Positions 52,126 to 61,270 of a stretch of DNA of 64,000 nucleotides are shown here, piece after piece. Every line of letters starts with the position of its first letter. Within the stretch, counting starts at the first letter, position 1. This DNA comes from Candidatus Poribacteria bacterium (GTDB taxonomy: Bacteria; Poribacteria; WGA-4E; PCPOR2b). Below the pieces are notes generated by a model. That model had not been told where the DNA came from. It made no database searches and saw only the letters and a list, made by a program, of their open reading frames with translations. The position numbers and the translations under genes were made by a program. The stretch lies in assembly GCA_965215015.1 (NCBI GenBank), contig OZ244042.1, forward strand, positions 5,472,001 to 5,536,000, in the 5' to 3' direction.

Positions 52126-52220
52126 TATGTTATTGTAACAACTGAACTCCCATGAAAACGTTTTAAGCATAAAGGCAGCCAACAATTTGCTTCATCATCT
52201 ACAACGTATTTAACTAAACT

Positions 52221-53012
52221 TTGGCAATAGCAAGATTTTTACTCCCTGTGGCGACGATTTGGTGGCGTGAAATCATCCGGTTTCTGCGTCAACGGAGTCG
52301 TCTGGTAAGCGCGATTGTTCAACCGCTAATCTTTTGGCTACTTTTGGGGGGTGGGTTAAATGCCTCATTTAAGCCACCCGGCGTTCCTGAAGGAACGAGC
52401 TACATTGAATATTTTTACCCCGGTATCATCACGCTCGCGCTGCTGTTTACAGCAATTTTCGCAACAATCTCGATTGTCCAAGACCGTCGAGAAGGTTTTC
52501 TTCAAGGTGTGCTTGTTGCGCCGGTTTCAAGATGGGTTATCGTGCTAGGACAAGCACTTGGCGGTACAACGTTAGCACTCTTTCAGGGTGCCCTTTTTCT
52601 ATTTCTCGCACCGATGGTTGGGGGGACGTTGAGTCTCTTTTCCGTGTTTTCAACACTCGGTGTGATGTTGACCGTATCCTTTGGCTTGACAAACTTGGGG
52701 TTAATGATCGCGTGGCGTATGGATTCGACGCAAGGTTTTCATGCGATTATGAATCTTATTCTCATCCCAATTTGGCTGCTCTCCGGTGCCTTCTTTCCTG
52801 TATCCGGTGTGCCGGTATTGCTGGAATGGGCGATGAGGTTGAATCCGCTAACCTACGGTGTTGCAGCCTTGCGTCGTTGTCTATACTTCAACGCATCCAT
52901 AGTTGTTGAGGAGATTCCTCAACTCACGTTATCGCTGCTTGTTACCGGTTTGTTCTGTGTTGTAACATATTTTGGTGCTGCTCGAACGGCTCGTCGTCCG
53001 AATGTGGCGTAA
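52221..53012 (+). CDS. ABC-2 type transporter permease
   Basis: WWREIIRF, YFYPG, DRREGFL..LVAPVSR, LSGAFFP, NPLTYGV. Confidence 0.92.
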   Translation: MAIARFLLPVATIWWREIIRFLRQRSRLVSAIVQPLIFWLLLGGGLNASFKPPGVPEGTSYIEYFYPGIITLALLFTAIFATISIVQDRREGFLQGVLVAPVSRWVIVLGQALGGTTLALFQGALFLFLAPMVGGTLSLFSVFSTLGVMLTVSFGLTNLGLMIAWRMDSTQGFHAIMNLILIPIWLLSGAFFPVSGVPVLLEWAMRLNPLTYGVAALRRCLYFNASIVVEEIPQLTLSLLVTGLFCVVTYFGAARTARRPNVA

Positions 53013-53056
53013 AAGAAATTGACTTACAAATTCAGCAGTCTAGAAAGGAGCCCTTA

Positions 53057-53746
53057 ATGAATTGGCTGAATTGGCTGAATTTTCCTGCATGGCTTCCAGA
53101 GAATATCTCAACTTTTGGACGAGGGGTTGATAAACTCTTTATCCTAATCTACTGGATTACCTCAATTGTATTTTTGGCTGTTATGGCGGTGCTCATCGTC
53201 TTCATCATTAAGTACCGTTTTCAAGAAGGCCGCAAAGCGGAGTACATTGAAGGTAGCACAACCCTTGAAATTATATGGACCGTTGCTACCACCATCATTG
53301 TGTTTGGACTCGCTATTTTGAGCCTGCCACAATGGAATAAAATTAAATACCCTTCCCAGTTTCCCGGTAATCCCGGTGCTGTCGTTCAAGTGAACGGGAA
53401 ACAATTTAACTGGGATATGACTTACCCAGGGCCTGACGGTGAATGGGGCACTGACGACGACCTGCAACTTGAAAATCAGCTGCATGTCCCTGTTGACGAG
53501 GTGGTGCATATCAGACTTACGTCCGATGATGTGATTCATAGCTTCTTTGTCCCTCAGCTCCGGCTGAAGCAGGATGCTCTTCCCGGCAGGTTTATAAACA
53601 TGTGGTTTGAGGCAACGAAACCCGGTCAATACGAAATCCCCTGCGCTGAACTCTGCGGTTTTGGACACTCCGGGATGCTCGGATACCTTACCGTCCATAC
53701 GGAGGAAGATTACGCAGCGTGGATAAATGAACGGTGGGGAGAATAA
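53057..53746 (+). CDS. coxB: Cytochrome c oxidase subunit II
   Basis: LEIIWT, DVIHSF, CAELCGFGHSGM CuA site; no fused cytochrome c. Confidence 0.96.
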   Translation: MNWLNWLNFPAWLPENISTFGRGVDKLFILIYWITSIVFLAVMAVLIVFIIKYRFQEGRKAEYIEGSTTLEIIWTVATTIIVFGLAILSLPQWNKIKYPSQFPGNPGAVVQVNGKQFNWDMTYPGPDGEWGTDDDLQLENQLHVPVDEVVHIRLTSDDVIHSFFVPQLRLKQDALPGRFINMWFEATKPGQYEIPCAELCGFGHSGMLGYLTVHTEEDYAAWINERWGE

Positions 53747-53770
53747 GGAACAGAAAGGAGTCAATGTAAA

Positions 53771-55618
53771 ATGAATGATCACGCACATGAATCTCATGAT
53801 CACCATCATGAAGAGAGTTTTATTCGTAAATATATCTTTTCACTCGATCATAAAATGATTGCCAAGCAATTCCTAATCTTTGGTCTCATTATGTTCATGG
53901 TCGGGGGTGGGCTTGCACTGCTTTTCCGTTGGCAGCTCGCTTGGCCCGACAGACCGCTTCCTATCATTGGGGTTTCCAAAACATATCAGGAGACCGGCGA
54001 AGTCGCAACCGCTGCGGACCGAAAGTGGGAGGAACGGTTCGATGATGATAAAGAAACATGGTTAGAGACCAACATGCCCAGCGGCGTGATAGACCCAGCG
54101 TTTTATAATTCGCTGTTTACAATGCACGCTACCCTTATGATTTTCTTCGTGGTTGTGCCGCTACTTGTTGGGGCGTTTGGTAATTTCCTTATCCCACTGA
54201 TGATCGGGACCAGGGATATGGCTTTTCCGGTCCTGAATATGCTCTCCTTCTGGTCGAATATGTTGGGAGGTATTCTCATGATGGCAGGGTTCTTTGTCCC
54301 CGGTGGGCACGCTGGTGCGGGTTGGACTGGATACGCACCCCTCTCTTCAGTCGTTGAGTATAGTGGCGTAAATTGGGGTCAGAATCTGTGGTGCATCAGT
54401 CTTATCGTCATGGGCATCTCCTCGTTGATGGGGTCTATTAACTATATTACCACGATTATCAACATGCGAGCCCCGGGGATGACCTACTTCCGTCTCCCGC
54501 TTGCGATTTGGTCTCTCTTTGTCGTGGCAATTCTTCTGCTGCTTGCCTTCCCTGTCGTTGCTTCTGCGCTCGCCCTAATCCTCTTTGACCGGATGGCGGG
54601 AACGTCCTTCTTTACTGCGGCAGGCGGTGGTGAACCGTTGCTATGGCAACACCTCTTCTGGTTCTTTGCACATCCAGAGGTTTATATCCTCATTCTGCCG
54701 GGCATGGGTCTGGCGTCGGAAATGCTCCCTGTCTTTGCCAGAAAGCCCATCTTCGGTTATAAGTCCATGGTTTTCGCCATGATAGCGATTGCATTTCTCA
54801 GTTGGATTGTGTGGGGGCACCACATGTTCCAGAGCGGGATGAACCCTGCATTGGGAGCGAGTTTCATGACTACCACTATGTTAATCGCTGTCCCTTCGGC
54901 AATCAAAACCTTTAACTGGCTCGGCACCCTTCACCGTGCATCAATCCGATTTACAGTGCCGATGTTAAACACACTGGCTTTTGTTTCGATGTTTGTGATC
55001 GGTGGTCTCAGCGGTATCTATATGGCAAACTCGCCGGTAGATATCTACATCCACGATACATACTACATCGTAGCACATATCCATTATGTTGTCTTCGGTG
55101 GAAGTATCTTCGCTATCTTTGGCGGTATCTTTTACTGGTTCCCCAAGATGTTTGGGCGACATATGGACGCGACCCTCGGCAAGATTCATTTCTGGATCAC
55201 CTTCCTCGCCTTTAACGGTGTCTTTTTCCCGATGCACATCATCGGTATTGGGGGACACATGCGACGCATCGCCAACCCGATGCAGTATGAATACTTACAA
55301 CCGCTGCAACCGATAAATGTGTTTATTACAATCTGTGCATTTATTTTGGGAGCGGCTCAGATTCTGTTGCTAATCAACGTGTTCTGGAGTATATTCCGCG
55401 GAAAGGTGGCTGAACAGAATCCGTGGCAAGCAAACACTTTGGAATGGCATGCACCAACGCCTGTTCCTCATGGCAACTTTGAAGCGATTCCTCACGTATA
55501 TCACGGCCCCTATGAGTACAGCGTTCCCGGTGCTGAAACAGACTGGACTCCACAAACGCAGCCGAACGGTGAACCGTCGCATGGTGAACCAATACCTGCC
55601 GGAGCCAGTGCAGACTAA
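53771..55618 (+). CDS. coxA: Cytochrome c oxidase subunit I (A1-type)
   Basis: DHK, HATLM, HPEVY, WGHH, HDTYYIVAHIHY, MRRI. Confidence 0.97.
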   Translation: MNDHAHESHDHHHEESFIRKYIFSLDHKMIAKQFLIFGLIMFMVGGGLALLFRWQLAWPDRPLPIIGVSKTYQETGEVATAADRKWEERFDDDKETWLETNMPSGVIDPAFYNSLFTMHATLMIFFVVVPLLVGAFGNFLIPLMIGTRDMAFPVLNMLSFWSNMLGGILMMAGFFVPGGHAGAGWTGYAPLSSVVEYSGVNWGQNLWCISLIVMGISSLMGSINYITTIINMRAPGMTYFRLPLAIWSLFVVAILLLLAFPVVASALALILFDRMAGTSFFTAAGGGEPLLWQHLFWFFAHPEVYILILPGMGLASEMLPVFARKPIFGYKSMVFAMIAIAFLSWIVWGHHMFQSGMNPALGASFMTTTMLIAVPSAIKTFNWLGTLHRASIRFTVPMLNTLAFVSMFVIGGLSGIYMANSPVDIYIHDTYYIVAHIHYVVFGGSIFAIFGGIFYWFPKMFGRHMDATLGKIHFWITFLAFNGVFFPMHIIGIGGHMRRIANPMQYEYLQPLQPINVFITICAFILGAAQILLLINVFWSIFRGKVAEQNPWQANTLEWHAPTPVPHGNFEAIPHVYHGPYEYSVPGAETDWTPQTQPNGEPSHGEPIPAGASAD

Positions 55619-56016
55619 GAAACCTTGGTGCAAGTTAGTGAGGATATCGAGTTCAAGGGGTTATCAGCAGCCCAGAGGTGCATTAATGTACGAGTGAACC
55701 AATGCACCCATGAACCAACTATTTTCACGTTTCACTTGAGTACTCCCAAGCGGATTTAACCTCGCGTAGGAGGTGTGTATGTTTATCAGAGCAACTCTGA
55801 CTGCTTCCACATAAACCGGAATGAGTCATTATGGGCTAAAATTTAACGCGGAGGACGCAGAGAATAATCGTTTTTTTCTACGTCCTCTGCGGTTGATTAA
55901 GTACTTATTGCGATTGATACGGTTATCGCGATCTAAGTGACGGCGAAATCGCAGAGGGAAAACTGTCTCTAAAGGCCCAGGGACCGCTAAACCGTGGGGA
56001 GGATAAAATTCACTCA

Positions 56017-57159
56017 ATGTATCGTCCATGGCTGCATAGACTTGCTGTACTCACAACTGTAACGACTTTCATCCTGATTTGCATGGGCGGGCTTGTGACC
56101 AGCACGGATTCGGGGATGGCTGTTCCCGATTGGCCTACCACCTTCGGATACAATATGTTTCTCTATCCGCTCTCGAAAACGGTCAGCGGATTCCTGCTCA
56201 GCATTGATCCGAATCTCCAAGCCGATCTGGATAAAGGTAACCTATCCGTAGGGCTACGGAAGGCACTTGAAAAAAACGGGATTTCGGTGTCAGAAAATGT
56301 TATAATTTCAACTGAAGAACAAAGCAGCAGGTGGAAACTCGCAGATAAAGCGAATGAACGCACCTATACGCTGATTAAATCGGGCGAGCGGCTTGATGTA
56401 TACGTTCATGGCGTGCTATACGAACATAGCCATCGACTGATCGGATCGATTGTTGGTTTTCTGACGATTGTGTTGATGGTATCAATTTGGGCGAAAGATG
56501 TTCGGAAATGGCTGAAATGGCTAGGTGTTATTGCCCTCGTCGCAGTTATCGCTCAAGGGGTGATGGGTGGTCTCCGGGTTACGAACCTCAGCAGAGTGCT
56601 CGCCCTCATACACGCCTGTTTTGCCCAAGCGTTTTTTGCGTTGACCGCGAGCCTTGCGTTATTTACTTCGCGCAGCTGGTTGCAAACATCGGTGAAAATT
56701 GAGACGACAGAGGCTTCGCGTCTGAGACGTTTGAATCTCATCACGTTGGGGCTTATCTATATCCAATTCATCTTTGGTGCTATATTGAGGCATACAGGTA
56801 CCCGATTGGATGCCCACCTGCTTTTCGCAGGTCTAGTAACAATTCACATATTTTTGCTCTTGAGACGAATTTTGAGAGATTATCTAGAAAATCAGTCCCT
56901 TGTTCGTCTTATTTTATTATTAAGTGGTCTGCTTGCCGTACAATTGACCTTGGGCTTCGGCGCATACCTCGCTGAATTCACCGCTTTTGGGAAAGGTGTC
57001 GCTCCTGTTGCCGGTGTAATAATCACAACTGCCCATGTTGCGATTGGTGCTTTAATGCTAGTCGTTTCCGTTGTACTAACCTTGAACACTTTTCGTTTCA
57101 CAAGTAGATCAGGACCCGTTACAAGTCGAGGGCTCGTTTCCGATGAGGTGTCTGCATGA
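56017..57159 (+). CDS. ctaA: Heme A synthase (COX15/CtaA family) with inserted domain
   Basis: GGLVT..DSGM..PDWP, EHSHR, QGVMGG, HAC, H...AHV. Confidence 0.88.
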   Translation: MYRPWLHRLAVLTTVTTFILICMGGLVTSTDSGMAVPDWPTTFGYNMFLYPLSKTVSGFLLSIDPNLQADLDKGNLSVGLRKALEKNGISVSENVIISTEEQSSRWKLADKANERTYTLIKSGERLDVYVHGVLYEHSHRLIGSIVGFLTIVLMVSIWAKDVRKWLKWLGVIALVAVIAQGVMGGLRVTNLSRVLALIHACFAQAFFALTASLALFTSRSWLQTSVKIETTEASRLRRLNLITLGLIYIQFIFGAILRHTGTRLDAHLLFAGLVTIHIFLLLRRILRDYLENQSLVRLILLLSGLLAVQLTLGFGAYLAEFTAFGKGVAPVAGVIITTAHVAIGALMLVVSVVLTLNTFRFTSRSGPVTSRGLVSDEVSA

Positions 57160-58058
57160 TATCAACAACAGAGACGCTAGGCAATGACCTATCCCAAATG
57201 AGCCGCCGAATGTCGGCTTTTGTCGAGTTGACAAAACCACGGCTCGTTTCGATGATACTCATTACAACCTCAGCCGGCTTTTATATTGCGGCTCTACAAC
57301 CGCTTAATTGGCTGCAACTCGTTCACACCCTCATCGGCACCGGGTTATCAGCTGCGGGGGTGTTAGCCCTGAATCAGTACCTCGAACGCGATCTGGATGC
57401 TCAAATGGTCCGGACCTGCCACCGCCCGCTGCCGGATCGGCGTCTTCAACCGACGACAGCCCTGTTTTTTGGAGTCTTACTGACTGTTAGTGGCTTGGTC
57501 TATATGACATTTTCCGTAAATGCCTTAGGCGCATTGGTCATCTCAGCTATCGTTGTGACGTATCTGTTCGTCTATACTCCATTAAAGCAGAAGACCTCAC
57601 TCTGTACCATAGCGGGAGCGGTTCCGGGGGCATTGCCACCTATTATCGGTTGGGTTGCAGCGCGAGGTACACTCAATATTGAGGCGTGGGTGCTTTTTGC
57701 AATTCTGTTTCTTTGGCAGCTGCCACACTCACTGTCAATCGCATTTATCTATCGCGATGAATACGCCCAGGCTGGTTTCTGCTTGCTGCCGGTTATTCAT
57801 CCTGATGGCAAGAGCACGAACAGACAGATTGTCATCAACTGCCTTGGACTTCTCGTTGTAGCACTGCTGCCTACGCTAATAGGCATTGCTGGTATTGTTT
57901 ATTTTTTCGCCGCGCTTGCGTTGAGCATCGCCTTTCTTGGGTTTGGCATCAACCTATCTATTTCTCGATCGACCGTAGCAGCAAAACGGTTGCTGTATGC
58001 CTCATTGGTATACTTGCCGCTCGTGTTTTTGGTGATGGTACTCGACAAGTTGACTTAA
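57156..58058 (+). CDS. ctaB: Protoheme IX farnesyltransferase
   Basis: ELTKPR, NQYLERDLD..M.RT..RPLP, YTPLK, GALPP, WQLPH. Confidence 0.96.
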   Translation: MISTTETLGNDLSQMSRRMSAFVELTKPRLVSMILITTSAGFYIAALQPLNWLQLVHTLIGTGLSAAGVLALNQYLERDLDAQMVRTCHRPLPDRRLQPTTALFFGVLLTVSGLVYMTFSVNALGALVISAIVVTYLFVYTPLKQKTSLCTIAGAVPGALPPIIGWVAARGTLNIEAWVLFAILFLWQLPHSLSIAFIYRDEYAQAGFCLLPVIHPDGKSTNRQIVINCLGLLVVALLPTLIGIAGIVYFFAALALSIAFLGFGINLSISRSTVAAKRLLYASLVYLPLVFLVMVLDKLT

Positions 58059-58081
58059 TGGAATGGGGGCCTCAAATTTAA

Positions 58082-58192
58082 ATGAACGCTCACGAAAAAC
58101 GGAGTCAAAACCGACGTATCGGATGGTTTTTATTCGCGGTCTTTATCGTCCTGTTTATTTTTGCAACGATTCTCGCACTCGTCAAAAATTAA
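58082..58192 (+). CDS. Small single-TM protein (36 aa), putative oxidase assembly factor
   Basis: MNAHEKRSQNRRIGWFLFAVFIVLFIFATILALVKN directly after ctaB; below ORF-track cutoff. Confidence 0.55.
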   Translation: MNAHEKRSQNRRIGWFLFAVFIVLFIFATILALVKN

Positions 58193-58281
58193 CGCCTTAT
58201 GCCCTGTAGGAAAGGGTTCTTAGCCTCGATTGTTTCGCAATTGGGCTTTCCTCCTTTCTCACACTTTATCTTCTATTTCCA

Positions 58282-58887
58282 ATGAATGAACGAGAACATA
58301 CATCATACGAACATGCCAAGGGAGAGAGCCGACCAATCAGCAATGCGCGTCTAGCCGTGCTAGTACTCTTGGGTGCCGAAATCATGTTTTTCGCGGGGTT
58401 GATTGGAACATTCCTTGTGTTCCGTTTGGGCAGTGTCACCTGGCCCCCGCCCTCGCAGGCTGATGTTCGTTTGCCCATTGGTGTGACTGGACTAAACACA
58501 ATCGTCCTGCTCTTGAGCGGCTATACGATGTTTCAGGGGCTGCGAGCCATTCGGCAGGACCGTCAGAAAGAGCTCAGAAACTGGCTTTTCGCAACGGGGC
58601 TCCTTGGCATCATTTTCCTTGTTGTGCAAGGTTCGGAATGGGTCCGCTTGGTACATCATGGGTTTACGCTTTCGTCGGGGGTGTACGGCTCCATCTTCTA
58701 TGTTCTCATCGGTTGCCATGCGTTGCACGTTCTGGTGGCAGTCTTTTGGCTGTTGGTTGTTTTCGCGAGGGCGATAGTCGGTCAGTTTTCAATGCATCAC
58801 CATGTTGGTGCTGAGGTTTGTGCAATTTACTGGGCGTTTGTTGTCGTGTTATGGCCCCTTCTTTATGTCCTTGTGTACTTAATCTAA
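58282..58887 (+). CDS. coxC: Cytochrome c oxidase subunit III (copy 1)
   Basis: EIMFFAGL, NTIVLLLSG, Q..EW, GCHALHV, YWAFV. Confidence 0.9.
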   Translation: MNEREHTSYEHAKGESRPISNARLAVLVLLGAEIMFFAGLIGTFLVFRLGSVTWPPPSQADVRLPIGVTGLNTIVLLLSGYTMFQGLRAIRQDRQKELRNWLFATGLLGIIFLVVQGSEWVRLVHHGFTLSSGVYGSIFYVLIGCHALHVLVAVFWLLVVFARAIVGQFSMHHHVGAEVCAIYWAFVVVLWPLLYVLVYLI

Positions 58888-59202
58888 AATGGGGTTTAAC
58901 GGTGAACAGAGCCTTCTAGCTTCTTGGAGATTCGGAAATGACAGCTATGCCGGAAAAAAGTTCTTGATTCAATACATAAAGAAACAGTTGTGCAATGTCA
59001 GTCCCCAAAATCGAGTTGGAAAGTTGTTGTTAATATTGGGGCACAGATTCCCTTGGCAACGTGGGAGAAAGTGCCTGATGATACCTTAATCAATTTTAGG
59101 CATTATCCTTGAGGTCAGCGTGTATTGTCAAAACTGATTTAACAGTATGCAAATTCGCACAAGTTGTTATCTTCATTTCGCGAATGAATAAGGAGATTTC
59201 TT

Positions 59203-59457
59203 ATGATTCGTCGACATTTTTTATTATTGGTAGGGATTCTGGTTTTTGCAATGCTGATACCAACAGTCGTGGAAGCCTGTCCCTCATGTAAAACGATTGA
59301 TGACCCGATTGTTCAGGGCTTCAAGTGGAGCATTCTATTCCTTATGGCGATGCCCTACATTGTTTCCGGTCTAATTGGCGGGGGCGTATTTTACGTATAT
59401 TACCACACACATCGGACCGATAATCGTAAACCACCTTCAAATGTGAAAGGAGTGTGA
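59203..59457 (+). CDS. Small membrane protein with CxxC
   Basis: AAGGAG RBS; signal-like N-terminus, ACPSCK, SILFLMAMPY TM. Confidence 0.7.
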   Translation: MIRRHFLLLVGILVFAMLIPTVVEACPSCKTIDDPIVQGFKWSILFLMAMPYIVSGLIGGGVFYVYYHTHRTDNRKPPSNVKGV

Positions 59458-59460
59458 AAA

Positions 59461-60087
59461 TTGGAAGAAACTACAACACTCGATCATTCCGCAGATGTCT
59501 ATGAACCATCCCTCACGCCTGATAGCCTTGGAAAGTTGGGGATGTGGCTCTTTCTTATTAGCGATGCGATGTCCTTTGGTGCGTTGCTCGCTGCCTATGG
59601 TGCCGTACGCGCCGGCGCAGCGGAGTGGGCACCTCCATCTGAAGTGCTCGGCATTAGCCTCACAGCAGGGATGACCTTTCTGTTAATCTGTAGTAGTGTC
59701 ACGATGGTCAAAGCACTTGAAGCCATTCAGAACGGTAACCAATCGAGAATGTGTACCTACCTCGGCTTGACCATTCTGGGTGGATTAATCTTCTTGGGAC
59801 TGCAAGCATATGAATGGACTCACCTGATTACGCACGGCCTGACCTTCACTACGCTTCCGCATGGGATGTCCGGTTCCACGCTTTTTGGTCCCACCTTCTA
59901 TACCATTACAGGTTTCCACGGGGCCCACGTCACCGGCGGGGTCATTTACCTTATCGTTATCCTGATTCAGGGGCTGCGGGGTACTTATACAGCAGCGTAT
60001 AACCACAAAGTCGAGATTTTGGGGCTATATTGGCACTTCGTTGACCTAATCTGGATCATGGTCTTTACTTTTATCTATTTACTGTAA
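59461..60087 (+). CDS. coxC: Cytochrome c oxidase subunit III (copy 2)
   Basis: GMWLFLISD, TFLLICSS, QAYEW, TGFHGAHV, YWHFVDLIW. Confidence 0.92.
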   Translation: MEETTTLDHSADVYEPSLTPDSLGKLGMWLFLISDAMSFGALLAAYGAVRAGAAEWAPPSEVLGISLTAGMTFLLICSSVTMVKALEAIQNGNQSRMCTYLGLTILGGLIFLGLQAYEWTHLITHGLTFTTLPHGMSGSTLFGPTFYTITGFHGAHVTGGVIYLIVILIQGLRGTYTAAYNHKVEILGLYWHFVDLIWIMVFTFIYLL

Positions 60088-60107
60088 TCATTGAATGGAG
60101 AATCAAG

Positions 60108-60437
60108 ATGGAACACGCTCATAAAGAACATCCGAAATATATGAGAATATTTTGGATCCTTTCTGGACTCACAGTTGCTGAAGTCGGCGTTGTCTACCTA
60201 CCGTTTCCAACGATTGTGACCGCACTTCTACTGATTGGTATGGCATGTTCTAAAGCAGCTTATGTCGCGCTCTATTTCATGCACCTGAAATTTGAACAGA
60301 GAACCTTAACGATTATTGCACTGACACCCTTTATCATCTGTGTTTTTCTCGTGTTTATGCTGCTTCCTGATCTGATGGCAGGTGCTCGCCATGAGGGAGC
60401 TAAAGCGGAATCTCAGGTTGTTGATACATCTCACTAA
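60108..60437 (+). CDS. coxD: Cytochrome c oxidase subunit IV
   Basis: LTVAEV...KAAYVALYFMHLKFE. Confidence 0.88.
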   Translation: MEHAHKEHPKYMRIFWILSGLTVAEVGVVYLPFPTIVTALLLIGMACSKAAYVALYFMHLKFEQRTLTIIALTPFIICVFLVFMLLPDLMAGARHEGAKAESQVVDTSH

Positions 60438-60458
60438 GTAAAACGTGAGGCGTGAAAT

Positions 60459-61163
60459 GTGAGAAAATTTTACGTGCACGCCCTTTTACACCTCATGTCT
60501 ATGGAAACCAAAGTCAAATCTCTAGAACAGGGCACCAGACCCAACCAGCGTATACTGCGCGGCCTTCTCTGGGGTGTGTTAGCCCTCGTGATTGTTGTTA
60601 TCTTGGGTGCCAATTTCTGGACCCTCGTTCATCAAAAGTCCGGCACACCCCCTGAGTCGGCAACTTCATTGTCAGGACTCGCGGTTCATCAACAACTGCC
60701 GGACTTTTCCCTGACCGATCAGCGTGGTGCACCCTTTGCATTATCCGACCTCCACGACAAAGTCTGGATCGCAGATTTCATCTTTACCAGTTGTGCGACG
60801 ATCTGTCCACCAATGACAATTCAAATGGCAAATCTTCAAGACGAGTTTGCGGCGGAGGACATCCATTTTGTCTCCTTTTCCGTAGATCCGGAACGCGATA
60901 CGCCAGAAGTTCTTATTCGCTATGCAGATCACTATGGGGTAGATAACAGTCGTTGGTCCTTCTTGACAGGACAGAGAGAAGCTATCTATCAACTGGCGAA
61001 CGAAGGTTTCAACCTGGCAGCCGGTCATCGTGGAAGTGAAATTCTCCACAGCACACGGTTTGTTCTCGTTGATAGGGCAGGACAAGTCCGGGGCTACTAC
61101 GATAGTCGGAGTAAGGCCCGTCTCCAACAACTGCGCCAGGATATACAGACCCTTCTCAAGTAA
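60459..61163 (+). CDS. SCO family copper chaperone (start probably about 60495-60501)
   Basis: FIFTSCATICP, SVDPERDT, HSTRFVLVD. Confidence 0.93.
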   Translation: MRKFYVHALLHLMSMETKVKSLEQGTRPNQRILRGLLWGVLALVIVVILGANFWTLVHQKSGTPPESATSLSGLAVHQQLPDFSLTDQRGAPFALSDLHDKVWIADFIFTSCATICPPMTIQMANLQDEFAAEDIHFVSFSVDPERDTPEVLIRYADHYGVDNSRWSFLTGQREAIYQLANEGFNLAAGHRGSEILHSTRFVLVDRAGQVRGYYDSRSKARLQQLRQDIQTLLK

Positions 61164-61270
61164 AATCTATTACAGTTTCCAGCCTGTCACACACCGGCTG
61201 TGCCTCTAGGCACCCCTTAATGCTGACTCGCAATGCGTTCCGACAGAAAGAAAGGATACAGGAAAGATTT

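Noticed and set aside
55768-55814. AGGAGG plus 11-codon ORF MFIRATLTAST between coxA and ctaA
   Set aside because: Too short to assess; may be a transposase stub among repeats
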